Below, piece after piece: positions 16,018-24,344 of a DNA stretch of 32,000 nucleotides (position 1 is its first letter; the number at the start of each line of letters is the position of its first letter). The translations under genes were made by a program, and so were the position numbers. This stretch comes from Desulfatiglandaceae bacterium. Lineage in GTDB: Bacteria > Desulfobacterota > DSM-4660 > Desulfatiglandales > Desulfatiglandaceae. Location: assembly GCA_041753575.1 (NCBI GenBank), contig JBGSUA010000033.1:58091-90090 (forward strand). Reading direction: 5' to 3'. Under the pieces are notes generated by a model. The model made no database searches. It had not been told where the DNA came from and was given only the letters and a program-made list of their open reading frames with translations.

Positions 16018-16093
16018 ACGCTGTCAGTCCGGCTATGCAGTGTAAAACCGCCTCGGCAGGCATCCTTGTCTAGTATTGATAGGTGGAGTTCCC

Positions 16094-16876
16094 CTAATAC
16101 CTGGATTCCGCGACGGCCTTCGGTTTTGTAAGTATTACGGCAATGTCCACGGCCTCTTCCGATGTGCCGCCATCCTGCCGGATCTTCACGGCCAGGGTCC
16201 CTGCCGCATCCTTTCTTTCCACCCCTGAGACAACGGCCTCCAGTATCTTGAGTCCCTTCAATCCCAGGGCCTGTGGCATGAATCCATCCCGGAATTCCCG
16301 GCACAGGGGTGAAACAAGGATAATTTCTAACTCAGGATTGCGGTGAAGAGCAAGAATAGACTCATTGACCCCAAGAATAAGGGAGGAAAGGAGATACGCA
16401 TCCCCACCCTTTGGAGCCCCCTGAATGATGGCGATTCTCTTGGGTACCTCTCCGTCAAGAGATGATACCACAAGCCCGTCTGTAGGCCCTGTGGGAGAGA
16501 GCATCCTCTCAAATTGAAGATCTGTGATCACATTGGCAAAAGATCCGTAGCCAAGTTCCCTGGGGATTTTTTCAAAGGTGTTGTCCTGACCCGCGGTGGT
16601 GACTACCTCATCAAATTCAAGGTCAAGGATCTGATCCGGGATACTGAAATCAATCGCCTCAGGCTTGCATTCGGCCCAGCACAGGGCGCATCCCAGGCAT
16701 CTTCTGCAGCTCAGACACCTTTTTGCTTCTGTTATGGCCGTTTCCTCAGGAAAGCCTGTTTCGACCTCGGTAAAATTTCCCTTTCTTTCCGCGACCGTTA
16801 TCTCCGGCATTTCAGCCCGTTCGGCCGGGACGTCGAAAAATGGGATGATATATCTTCGTTCTTTTTCGTAGATCAT
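16094..16876 (-). CDS. Ferredoxin-like plus HdrA-middle-domain protein, degenerate (FeS Cys cluster lost)
   Basis: 260 aa. The ATG abuts the TAG of the upstream gene, with a GAGGAG SD. EAKRCLSCRRCLGCALCWAECKPEAI and NVITDLQFERMLSPTGPTDG are collinear with the HdrL-like segment [26 protein letters not shown]...[20 protein letters not shown]. Where HdrL has QCVGSRD...YCSSVCCMY, this protein has IIQGAPKGGDAYLLSSL. Confidence 0.65.
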   Translation of the reverse strand: MIYEKERRYIIPFFDVPAERAEMPEITVAERKGNFTEVETGFPEETAITEAKRCLSCRRCLGCALCWAECKPEAIDFSIPDQILDLEFDEVVTTAGQDNTFEKIPRELGYGSFANVITDLQFERMLSPTGPTDGLVVSSLDGEVPKRIAIIQGAPKGGDAYLLSSLILGVNESILALHRNPELEIILVSPLCREFRDGFMPQALGLKGLKILEAVVSGVERKDAAGTLAVKIRQDGGTSEEAVDIAVILTKPKAVAESRY

Positions 16877-18550
16877 CTATTTGCTCCTCAGGTATTCGTG
16901 AATCCCCAGGGCGCCCTTCTTGCCGCCTGCGATGGCCCTGATGGCGATATCGGGTCCCGAAACCACGTCGCCACCGGCGAAAACGCCGGGTATGTTGGTC
17001 TCGCCTGTGTATGGATCTATCTCAAAAGTTCCGTATCTGGAGATCTTGAAGGTGTGATCCTGAGGAAGCATCGAGAGGTCTGTCCCCTGGCTTATGGCGG
17101 GAACTATGGTTTCGGCCTCGATGACATATTCTGAGCCGGTTTTTGGTACCGGCCTTCTTCTTCCGGATGCGTCAGGCTCACCCAGTTCCATCTTTATGCA
17201 CTTCATGCCTGTGGTCTTCTGTCCATCGCCAATAATCTCAACAGGGGCTGCCAGATACTGAAGCTTAATCCCTTCATGTTCCGCCGCGTCAATCTCCCAT
17301 GGGTTGGCAGGCATCTCCTTCTTGGTCCTTCTGTAAAGGATATAGACTTCATCAAAACCCATGCGCCAGCCCACCCTGGCTGAGTCTATGGCCGCGTTTC
17401 CTCCCCCAATGACAATGATCTTTCCCTTGGCCTGCGGAAGCCTCCCTAATGCCTGTTCCCTCAGAAAGGTAACGCAGTCAATCACACCCTTGCCCTGGTA
17501 TTCATCTTCTCCGGGCACGGCGAGCTTAAGTCCCCTGTGGCACCCGGCGCCGACAAAAAGGGCATCAAAGTTTTTCTTCAGATCATCAAAGGATATGTCC
17601 TTGCCCATCCTGGTATTATAATGGATCTCAACTCCCATGGAGCAGATCAGATCCACTTCCCTCTGAAGGATCTTTTTGGGGAGGCGGTATTCCGGGATTC
17701 CCACCCAGAGGTATCCGCCAGGGATTGGCAGTGCCTCGAAGATCTCTATGTCTTTGTAACCAAGCCTTGCAAGGTCGTAGGCGCAGGCGAGACCGGCAGG
17801 ACCAGCGCCCACAATGCCTACTTTCTCAGGATATTTCTTGACGGGTGTTTCGTATGCCGGCTCAACACCTTTAGACAGCTCGACGTCTGACACAAACCGC
17901 TTGAGAAAACAAATGCTTATTGGCTTGTCGAGATATTGTCTGTTACAAGCGGTCTCGCACGGATGAGGGCATATTCGGCCTATGCTTCCTGGCAGGGGAA
18001 GCCTGTCTCTGATTACGGCTAGTGATTCGAGGTACTTTCCGTCAGCGATAAGGCCCACGTAGGAACGAATATCAAGATTTGCCGGGCATGTCCTTTGACA
18101 GACAGGCATTTCCTCCTTGAATATGTTGTATTCGCCGGTAATGGGATTGCAGAAATCAACAGCGGTTCTAAAGCCAAGACCCTCGTTGAAGTCATCGAAC
18201 ATGTTGACAGGACACACTCTTATGCAGGCCTTGCAGTCGGTGCACTTGGAGTTGTCAACGCGGATGCTCCTTTTGAGGATTTTGGCATTTACCTTGCCGC
18301 TATCCTTTCGCAATCTCTTGATCTCACTGTAGGTAAGGATGTCAATGGAGCTGTTTGAACGCACCTTTTCAAGATCCGGATTAACAAAGGCGTTTTCCGG
18401 GGTTATGAGCCGATCTCTGGGGATGCGCTCCGCGCCAAGGGTTGGGAACTTCTCAAGGATGGTAACCTTGGCTCCTGCCTGGGCCCTTTCAAGAGCCGCG
18501 TTTACGCCCTCAAGACCCCCTCCGATAATCAATATTTTTCTGCTTTCCAC
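16877..18550 (-). CDS. Fusion of a degenerate HdrA N-terminal FAD segment, ferredoxin and a GltD/NfnB-type NAD(P)H-binding flavoprotein
   Basis: ORF 16877..18619 (TTG), trimmed to the GTG at 18550 (VESRKILIIGGGLEG). AAGAGG lies 9 nt upstream, and the start is 5 nt after the upstream TGA stop. GltD hallmarks: GRICPHPCETACNR, VGIVGAGPAGLACAYDL, IIVIGGGNAAIDSAR and GVFAGGDVVSG. Confidence 0.8.
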   Translation of the reverse strand: MESRKILIIGGGLEGVNAALERAQAGAKVTILEKFPTLGAERIPRDRLITPENAFVNPDLEKVRSNSSIDILTYSEIKRLRKDSGKVNAKILKRSIRVDNSKCTDCKACIRVCPVNMFDDFNEGLGFRTAVDFCNPITGEYNIFKEEMPVCQRTCPANLDIRSYVGLIADGKYLESLAVIRDRLPLPGSIGRICPHPCETACNRQYLDKPISICFLKRFVSDVELSKGVEPAYETPVKKYPEKVGIVGAGPAGLACAYDLARLGYKDIEIFEALPIPGGYLWVGIPEYRLPKKILQREVDLICSMGVEIHYNTRMGKDISFDDLKKNFDALFVGAGCHRGLKLAVPGEDEYQGKGVIDCVTFLREQALGRLPQAKGKIIVIGGGNAAIDSARVGWRMGFDEVYILYRRTKKEMPANPWEIDAAEHEGIKLQYLAAPVEIIGDGQKTTGMKCIKMELGEPDASGRRRPVPKTGSEYVIEAETIVPAISQGTDLSMLPQDHTFKISRYGTFEIDPYTGETNIPGVFAGGDVVSGPDIAIRAIAGGKKGALGIHEYLRSK

Positions 18551-18554
18551 TTTG

Positions 18555-19337
18555 TCATACCTCTTTAGGAGCGAGTGTATAGAGAGGACTTTGGCCGGCA
18601 ATCCTGTCCAGAACCACAAAGCCCTTTCGCTTCAGAGCCAGTATATGGCGAAAGACCTTTTCGACAGGCATGGAAAAGGAAGCGGCCAGATCCTTTACAG
18701 ATCGCGCCCCTTCCCTGAGCCCTGCAATGATCTCCTGGACCTCTGTCTCCTCAACTATAATCATGTCAACTGCGCGTTTGAATTCGTGCTCTGTAAAGAC
18801 CTCACCGTACATGTTGCCTTTCGTGAGGAACGGAGTCCTTTTTCCGATCACCCATCTGATCTTTTCTCCCGCTAGAACCGCTTCAGCACTCTCAAGTTTC
18901 TTGTGGAGCCGCGATGTCTCAAGACGATCGCCTCCTGCTCCCAGCGGCCCCAATTCTTTTATCTTTTCTGTAAATTCTGTGACGATCTTTACAAAGACCG
19001 ATGCCTCGCCTGAGGAGCATTGCCTGAAGGCCAGCCTTTCAGGGTTCATGCCCACGTAATCGAAGACTCTCCTGGCGACATCGAGTTTTGCCTTAGCCTG
19101 AAAGTTGCCGCTTATGTAATGACAGTCGCCGAAGTAGCAACCCACGACCAGCAATCCGTCAAGGCCTTTCTTGAAGGCCCTTGCCGTGATGGCAGGGTCA
19201 AGCCTGCCGGTGCACATGATGCGCACGATTCTGATATCCGGGGTATATTGTAGTCTGGAAACTCCAGCCAGGTCCGCTGCCGAGTAACCTCACCAGGTGC
19301 AGCAGAAGGTCAGTATCTTGGGAGCAAATTCACCCAC
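18555..19337 (-). CDS. mvhD: MvhD-like (BamF-like) FeS protein with in-frame Sec codon and about 127-aa C-terminal extension
   Basis: GTG at 19337, with AGGAGG 6 nt upstream. Reads [50 protein letters not shown]...LLVVGCYFGDCHY. ORF-track entry 18555..19226 is only the part downstream of the TGA. 260 codons. Confidence 0.8.
19290..19292 (-). other. In-frame UGA read as selenocysteine (MvhD-like copy 2)
   Basis: The TGA falls where the paralogue at 23891..24310 has Cys ([15 protein letters not shown] versus [15 protein letters not shown]). The frame continues for 244 further codons. Confidence 0.75.
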
Positions 19338-19456
19338 GGGAAACCTCCTTAAACGATAGCCTTAATCAATCTTCGCAGCCAGGCGGATCTTCAGACTCGA
19401 AGCCCACGCCCGCCTTAAACAGTCAATGCTGATGGCAGAACTTGTACGGCATGCCC

Positions 19457-21127
19457 TCAGCCCAGGAATGCCGCTATCTGAGCGTCAATCTGATCGTCCG
19501 TGAAAGAGTTAATGGTAAGAGCGTGCTGATAACAGGTAGCGGCGCATACCCCGCATCCCTTGCACGCGACATCTATCACCTTGACCTTTCTACCTTTGTC
19601 AGTCTTTTGAACCTCAAGTGCCCCGTAAGGACAAAGCGCTACGCACAATCCGCAGCCTCTGCACGCGTCCACATCGGCCAGAACCGATATGATCGGCTCC
19701 ACAACAACCGATCCCTTGGAAAGGGGTATGGATGCTCTTGATGCAGCCCCCAGACCCTGGGCAATAGCCTCGCGTAAGTTTGCGGGGAACCGGGCGCTGC
19801 CGCAAAGGAAAACACCGTCCGTCGCGAAATCAAGGGGTTTGAGTTTGACGTGACCTTCCAGGAAAAATCCGTTTTCGTCAACGGGCACCCTTATGAGCTT
19901 TCCGACCTCGTCGGCGTCCTCCTGGGAAAGCAGTGGAGTAGAAAGCACCACCATATCGGCCGGCAGTTCCATATCCTTTCCTAAAAGTGCGTTATATACC
20001 AGGACGGAACCGGTCTGGACCTGAGGAGGCCTGTCCGGGTTGTAGTTTACATATCTGATACCCTTCGCTTTAGATTCCCGGAACATCTCCTCGTTTTCCA
20101 CCCCATACATCTGCATATCTCTGTATAGTATGGTGACCTTTGTCGCCGGGTCTTTATCCTTTATCAAGAGAGCGTTTTTGACGGCGGTCTGGCAGCAGAT
20201 TCTGGAGCAGTAAGGCCTTTCTTCGTTTCTGGCTCCGGCGCACTGGATCATCACCACGCTTTTGACCGAGGGATCAAGCCCTTGTTTCAGTCTGGGCTCC
20301 AGCTCAAGCTGCGTGATGACCCTCTCGGCGTCGTATCCGTAAAGGCCGGTAGGGACAAAGACCCTCGCACCGGTGGCTATGATTACGACCCCCAGATCAA
20401 TTTTCTTGGTCCCGGTTGGTGTCTCTATATCAGCGCTGTATTTCCCTATGAAACCCTCTACCCCTGTTACCCTTGATCCTGTGAAGGTCGTTATCTTCGG
20501 ATGGCATGACACAGCTTTTACTGTGCTTTCGGCTAACTGCAAAGCGTCAGTCATGGATGGGCCAAGTTTATTCAGGTTAAGGAGCATGCCCCCCAGCCTT
20601 CCTTCCCTTTCAACGATAACTACTTCGTAGCCTCTGTTCGCGAGCGCAAGCGCCGCGGTCATACCGGAGATGCCGCCGCCGATCACAAGCGCTCTTGGAA
20701 AGACGGGGCTCATTATGGGCTTCTGGGGCTCTAGAAGGGCGGCCTTGGCTATCCCCATTCGTATGAGATCCTTGGCCTTGCTGGTGGCTTCTTCCTTCTC
20801 CTGCATGTGGACCCAGGAGCATTGGTCCCTTATGTTGACCATCTCAAAGAGATAAGGATTGAGGCCTGCCTCGCCGCACGAACTCCTGAAAAGGGGTTCA
20901 TGTGTCCGGGGGGTGCAGGAAGCCACAACCACCCTGTTGAGGTTTTGCTGGCCAATGGCCTTCTTGATCTCGTTTATGCCTCCCTCAGAGCAGGTATAGA
21001 GGTTTCTTTGAACAAAGGCCACATTGGGGAGGGTTTCCGCGTATGCTCCGAGGGCCTCCATATCGAGATATCCTGCGATATTTGAGCCGCAGTGGCAGAT
21101 GAACACACCTATCCTAATCTCATCCAT
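19457..21127 (-). CDS. hdrA: HdrA-like flavoprotein (N-terminal Cys domain, FAD domain and two C-terminal ferredoxin motifs); second half of a BamE-like unit
   Basis: ORF 19457..21142 (TTG), trimmed to the ATG at 21127 (MDEIRIGVFICHCGSNIAGY). [36 protein letters not shown] and the C-terminal CRGCGLCVALCP/CKGCGVCAATC motifs are collinear with the C-terminal 550 aa of the 24345..28808 protein. Confidence 0.85.
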   Translation of the reverse strand: MDEIRIGVFICHCGSNIAGYLDMEALGAYAETLPNVAFVQRNLYTCSEGGINEIKKAIGQQNLNRVVVASCTPRTHEPLFRSSCGEAGLNPYLFEMVNIRDQCSWVHMQEKEEATSKAKDLIRMGIAKAALLEPQKPIMSPVFPRALVIGGGISGMTAALALANRGYEVVIVEREGRLGGMLLNLNKLGPSMTDALQLAESTVKAVSCHPKITTFTGSRVTGVEGFIGKYSADIETPTGTKKIDLGVVIIATGARVFVPTGLYGYDAERVITQLELEPRLKQGLDPSVKSVVMIQCAGARNEERPYCSRICCQTAVKNALLIKDKDPATKVTILYRDMQMYGVENEEMFRESKAKGIRYVNYNPDRPPQVQTGSVLVYNALLGKDMELPADMVVLSTPLLSQEDADEVGKLIRVPVDENGFFLEGHVKLKPLDFATDGVFLCGSARFPANLREAIAQGLGAASRASIPLSKGSVVVEPIISVLADVDACRGCGLCVALCPYGALEVQKTDKGRKVKVIDVACKGCGVCAATCYQHALTINSFTDDQIDAQIAAFLG

Positions 21128-21131
21128 TTTA

Positions 21132-22676
21132 TCAGCAGGCAACGGCTTTCTCCTTCCCTGAATAGTAATGGAACGCTATCTCAGCCGCCCTGGCAGCCGC
21201 ACTGGATGCCTGAGCGACCGATTCGGGTACATCCATTGGGGCCTGAGCGCAGCCGCATACAAAAACCCCAGGCACGTTGGTGTCCACGGGCGAAATCGGG
21301 CTGGTCTTTATGAAATTGTATTTATCAAGCTCCACGCCAAGTTTCTTTGAGAGTTCGACAATCCCCCTGGTAGGGGCGCAGGCCGTAGCCAGGATTACCA
21401 TATCGAACTCCTGGCTTTTCACCTTTCTCTCCTTTGTGTCTTCGTAGGTGACAACAGGATTATTGTTTTCGCCTCCGGTTATCTCAGCCACTCGGCCCCT
21501 TACGTACGTTATGTTGGAATGATTTCCGCCCCTGATCTTGTATTCCTCAAAACCCTTGCCCACAGCCCTTATGTCCATGCCGAATATGGTGGAAGTGGTC
21601 TCCCTCCCATGTTCGTGAGCTATGATAGCCTCTTTTATGGAGTGCATGCAGCAGTATCCGGAGCAGAAGGGAAAAAATCTGAAGTCTCTTGAACCTACGC
21701 ACTGGACAAAGGCAAGGCGCTTGGCTACACTGAACCCGGATGCTTTCGCCTTCATGGCCTCAAGGGAGGTCTGCATGGGGAGAAACTCCTCATACTTCTC
21801 AGCCCACTTGGCCCTGTCGGAGTCATCTCCGTAATCACCACTCCGGTATTTCAAGATGAAATCCGATGATTTTTCACCGTATTTTTCCTCGTATTTTTCC
21901 AGCGCCTTTACTGCCTTTTCAGCTTTTTTCTCCAGTTCGGCAAGCTCCGACTCTATGGCCCTGTCAGAGGGCCGATCAAGATGCCCGCCTGTAGGTCCGC
22001 TTGCGCTCAAAAGCCTTTCGAATTCTATCGCGGTGACGACGTTCGGCAGGTCCCTGTAGTGATATTCGGGGATCCTGGAAGGGTCAAAGACATCATATCC
22101 AGCCGCAACGATTATGGAGGCGACATCAATTTCGACTATCCTGTCTTTTTGATCGAAGTTGACCGCCTTTGCCTGGCAGGTCTTGGCGCAGATACCGCAT
22201 TTTTTCCCGTTAAGCTGCCGACAGTGGGCCGGATCTATGGTATGGGTAGATGGTATGCCCTGGGCGAAGAGGCTGTATATGGCCTTTCTGGTTCCAAGTC
22301 CCTCATTAAAGGAGTCAGGCACAACAGTCGGGCATTTCTCCTTACAGGCCCCGCAGCCTGTACATTTATCCTCATCCACATATCGGGCTTTTCGGCGGAT
22401 AGTCACCTTGAAGGCGCCCGCTTCACCTTCGACCTTTTCAACTTCGCTGTAGGCCAGGAGCTTAATGTTTGGATGTCGACCGACATCCAGCATCTTCGGC
22501 GAGAGAATTCAGATGGCGCAGTCGTTTGTTGGGAATGTCTTGTCGAGCTGAGCCATCTTCCCGCCTACGCTGGGAAGTCTCTCCACCAGGTGCACCTTGA
22601 TGCCCATATCTGCGAGATCAAGGGACGTCTGGATGCCGGCAATGCCTCCTCCGATAACAAGGACGTCTTTAGTCAT
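21132..22676 (-). CDS. hdrA: HdrA-like flavoprotein with in-frame Sec codon; first half of a BamE-like unit
   Basis: ATG at 22676. Reads [79 protein letters not shown]-track entry 21132..22493 is the post-TGA part. Also [32 protein letters not shown] and QCVGSRD...FCSGYCCMH. 514 codons. Confidence 0.85.
22509..22511 (-). other. In-frame UGA read as selenocysteine (HdrA motif DCxx[C/U]IL)
   Basis: The TGA is the 56th codon from the ATG at 22676. The flanking FPTNDCAI / ILSPKM is the conserved HdrA active-site stretch. Confidence 0.8.
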
Positions 22677-22723
22677 GATCAATTATCCTTCGGTCCTTAA
22701 GTTTGTGTTAAAGTCAAAAAATC

Positions 22724-23860
22724 TCAAACAGCGGTCGCGCCGGGTTTAATCCGCTCGGCCACCATGTCGTAAAGGTCAACTATCTCTATGCCAAGATCAA
22801 ACGCTGACTTGGCGCACCGGAAATGAATCTGGCATTTGGGACAGGCAGTCACAAGGGTATCCGCTCCTGTCGCGGAAGCCTCCTTCAGTCTTTCAAGCTG
22901 TATCGCCTTGCTGCAGCTTGAGCAGTTCATCCATCCGGTGGTTCCGCAGCAGACAGCGTTTTCTCTCGATCTCGGCATCTCTGTTAGTTCCACGCCCGGC
23001 ATGGCCTTGATGATGGCCCTGGGGGCATCAAAGATGCCGGCAAGCCTGCCGAGTCTGCACGGGTCGTGGTAGGTCACTTGGGCCTTTGATTCCGTGAAAC
23101 TGATCAATCCCTGGGAGGCCTTTTCACTCAGGAGATCAATTATATGAACGGGCTCAAACCCCAGTTCACCGAAATAGCGGGGATAGTAACGCTTGAATGT
23201 GAGGTAGCCTTCCGGACAACTGAAGACGACCCTCTTCGCCCCTGAGGATCTGATCAGTTCAATGTTTTTAAAGGCCAATTTCTTGAATTTATCCTCATCT
23301 CCGTTCCAAAGTGCATCGTGGCCGCAGCAGCGCTCATCATTGCTGACAACAGGTATCTCACCCATGGCATTGAGTATGGACACAATGTTTCTAGAACTCT
23401 TTATGGATCCGGCATTTATGTCCCTGAAGACCACATCAAAATATGGGCGGCATCCGACGAAATAGAAAAGGTCTCCCTTTTCAGCCGTCTTGAGGCCTTC
23501 AAGCCAGAAGTTTCTCTTCTGCGCCATTTCCCCGGTCTGTATGGAAGTTATGGTCTGTAGCATGCCGTTGTGCGCGGGCACTCCGTCAAAGCCCATTTGG
23601 TGTGCCTCGTCTCTCATGAGGCGCACGAATTCCGGGAAATCTATGTTGGCTGGACACCTGACGCTGCACTGGGCGCAGGTCAGGCAGCTCCAGATGGTTC
23701 CATCCGATGGTTCTTCCAGACCGTAGAGGGATCTTTCTATGATCTGGCGTGGTGAAAAATCACTGAATACCCTGGCCACAGGACAACTTCCTGTGCAGAC
23801 TCCGCAGTCCAGGCAGTAGTAGGTCTTTGTTGCGTCTATTAACTGGGCAATTGCAGTCAT
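22724..23860 (-). CDS. HdrD-like / BamD-like protein (HdrC-type 2x[4Fe-4S] N-terminus plus two HdrB-type CCG domains)
   Basis: 378 aa. CLDCGVCTGSCP and CLTCAQCSVRCP ferredoxin motifs. CCG-type motifs FVGCRPYF...ERCCGHD and YHDPCRLGR...AVCCGTTGW. Confidence 0.85.
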   Translation of the reverse strand: MTAIAQLIDATKTYYCLDCGVCTGSCPVARVFSDFSPRQIIERSLYGLEEPSDGTIWSCLTCAQCSVRCPANIDFPEFVRLMRDEAHQMGFDGVPAHNGMLQTITSIQTGEMAQKRNFWLEGLKTAEKGDLFYFVGCRPYFDVVFRDINAGSIKSSRNIVSILNAMGEIPVVSNDERCCGHDALWNGDEDKFKKLAFKNIELIRSSGAKRVVFSCPEGYLTFKRYYPRYFGELGFEPVHIIDLLSEKASQGLISFTESKAQVTYHDPCRLGRLAGIFDAPRAIIKAMPGVELTEMPRSRENAVCCGTTGWMNCSSCSKAIQLERLKEASATGADTLVTACPKCQIHFRCAKSAFDLGIEIVDLYDMVAERIKPGATAV

Positions 23861-23890
23861 TGTCTCGCCTCGTCCAATAAAGTCATTTTC

Positions 23891-24310
23891 TCAGGCCGCC
23901 TTGCGAAGAGGCGAGGGGCCTATGGCCTTGACTTGTCGCGTGAATTCAGTGGCAACCTGAGCGAATTTTGTGCCTTCTGCAGATGAGATCCATTCAAGGC
24001 GCAGTCTGATCGGATCAATTCCCAGAATGACGGCCAACTCCCTGGTCATTGCGAACATCTTTTCTGCCTTTACATTACCGTCCAGGTAATGACAGTCACC
24101 GATGTGTCAGCCTGCGACCAATACCCCGTCGGCCCCCTGTTCAAAGGCCTTCAGGATGAAATTGGGATTTATCCTGCCTGAGCACATGACCCGGATTATC
24201 CTCATGTTAGGAGGATACTGGAATCGGCTCACTCCGGCAAGGTCCGCAGCCGAATAGGCGCACCAGTTGCAGGCGAAGGTTACTATCTTTGGACTGAACT
24301 CCTCGTTCAT
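23891..24310 (-). CDS. mvhD: MvhD-like FeS protein with in-frame Sec codon
   Basis: [26 protein letters not shown]...[30 protein letters not shown]...[10 protein letters not shown], with a stop at 23893-23891. I counted 72 codons after the TGA by hand. The ATG at 24310 has GGAGGAG 9 nt upstream; the alternative ATG at 24328 has its SD too close. ORF track lists only 24107..24328. Confidence 0.8.
24107..24109 (-). other. In-frame UGA read as selenocysteine (MvhD motif G[C/U]HxGDCHY)
   Basis: The paralogue at 18555..19337 has Cys in this column (LLVVGCYFGDCHY versus VLVAG-U-HIGDCHY). Confidence 0.75.
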
Positions 24311-24344
24311 GCTGCTGAACTCCTCCATACCTCAAATAAGGACC

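Noticed and set aside
15155-16045. Long plus-strand ORFs antisense to clear minus-strand genes: 15155..16045 (296 aa), 15025..15648, 6611..7465 (284 aa), 4124..4807, 21981..22700, 28299..28868, 18339..18875 and 2604..3116.
   Set aside because: Their products are Ser/Pro/Arg/Ala-rich and low in complexity, with no motif I recognise. Each lies fully inside a minus-strand gene that has strong family signatures. These are typical shadow ORFs.
19240-19289. Attempt to call canonical bacterial SECIS hairpins 3' of each TGA.
   Set aside because: By eye I found only short stems: 5 bp ctgga/tccag after the 19290 site, gccga/tcggc after the 22509 site and ctcg/cgag after the 28617 site. I cannot evaluate loop or bulge rules or energies without folding software, so no SECIS feature is reported.
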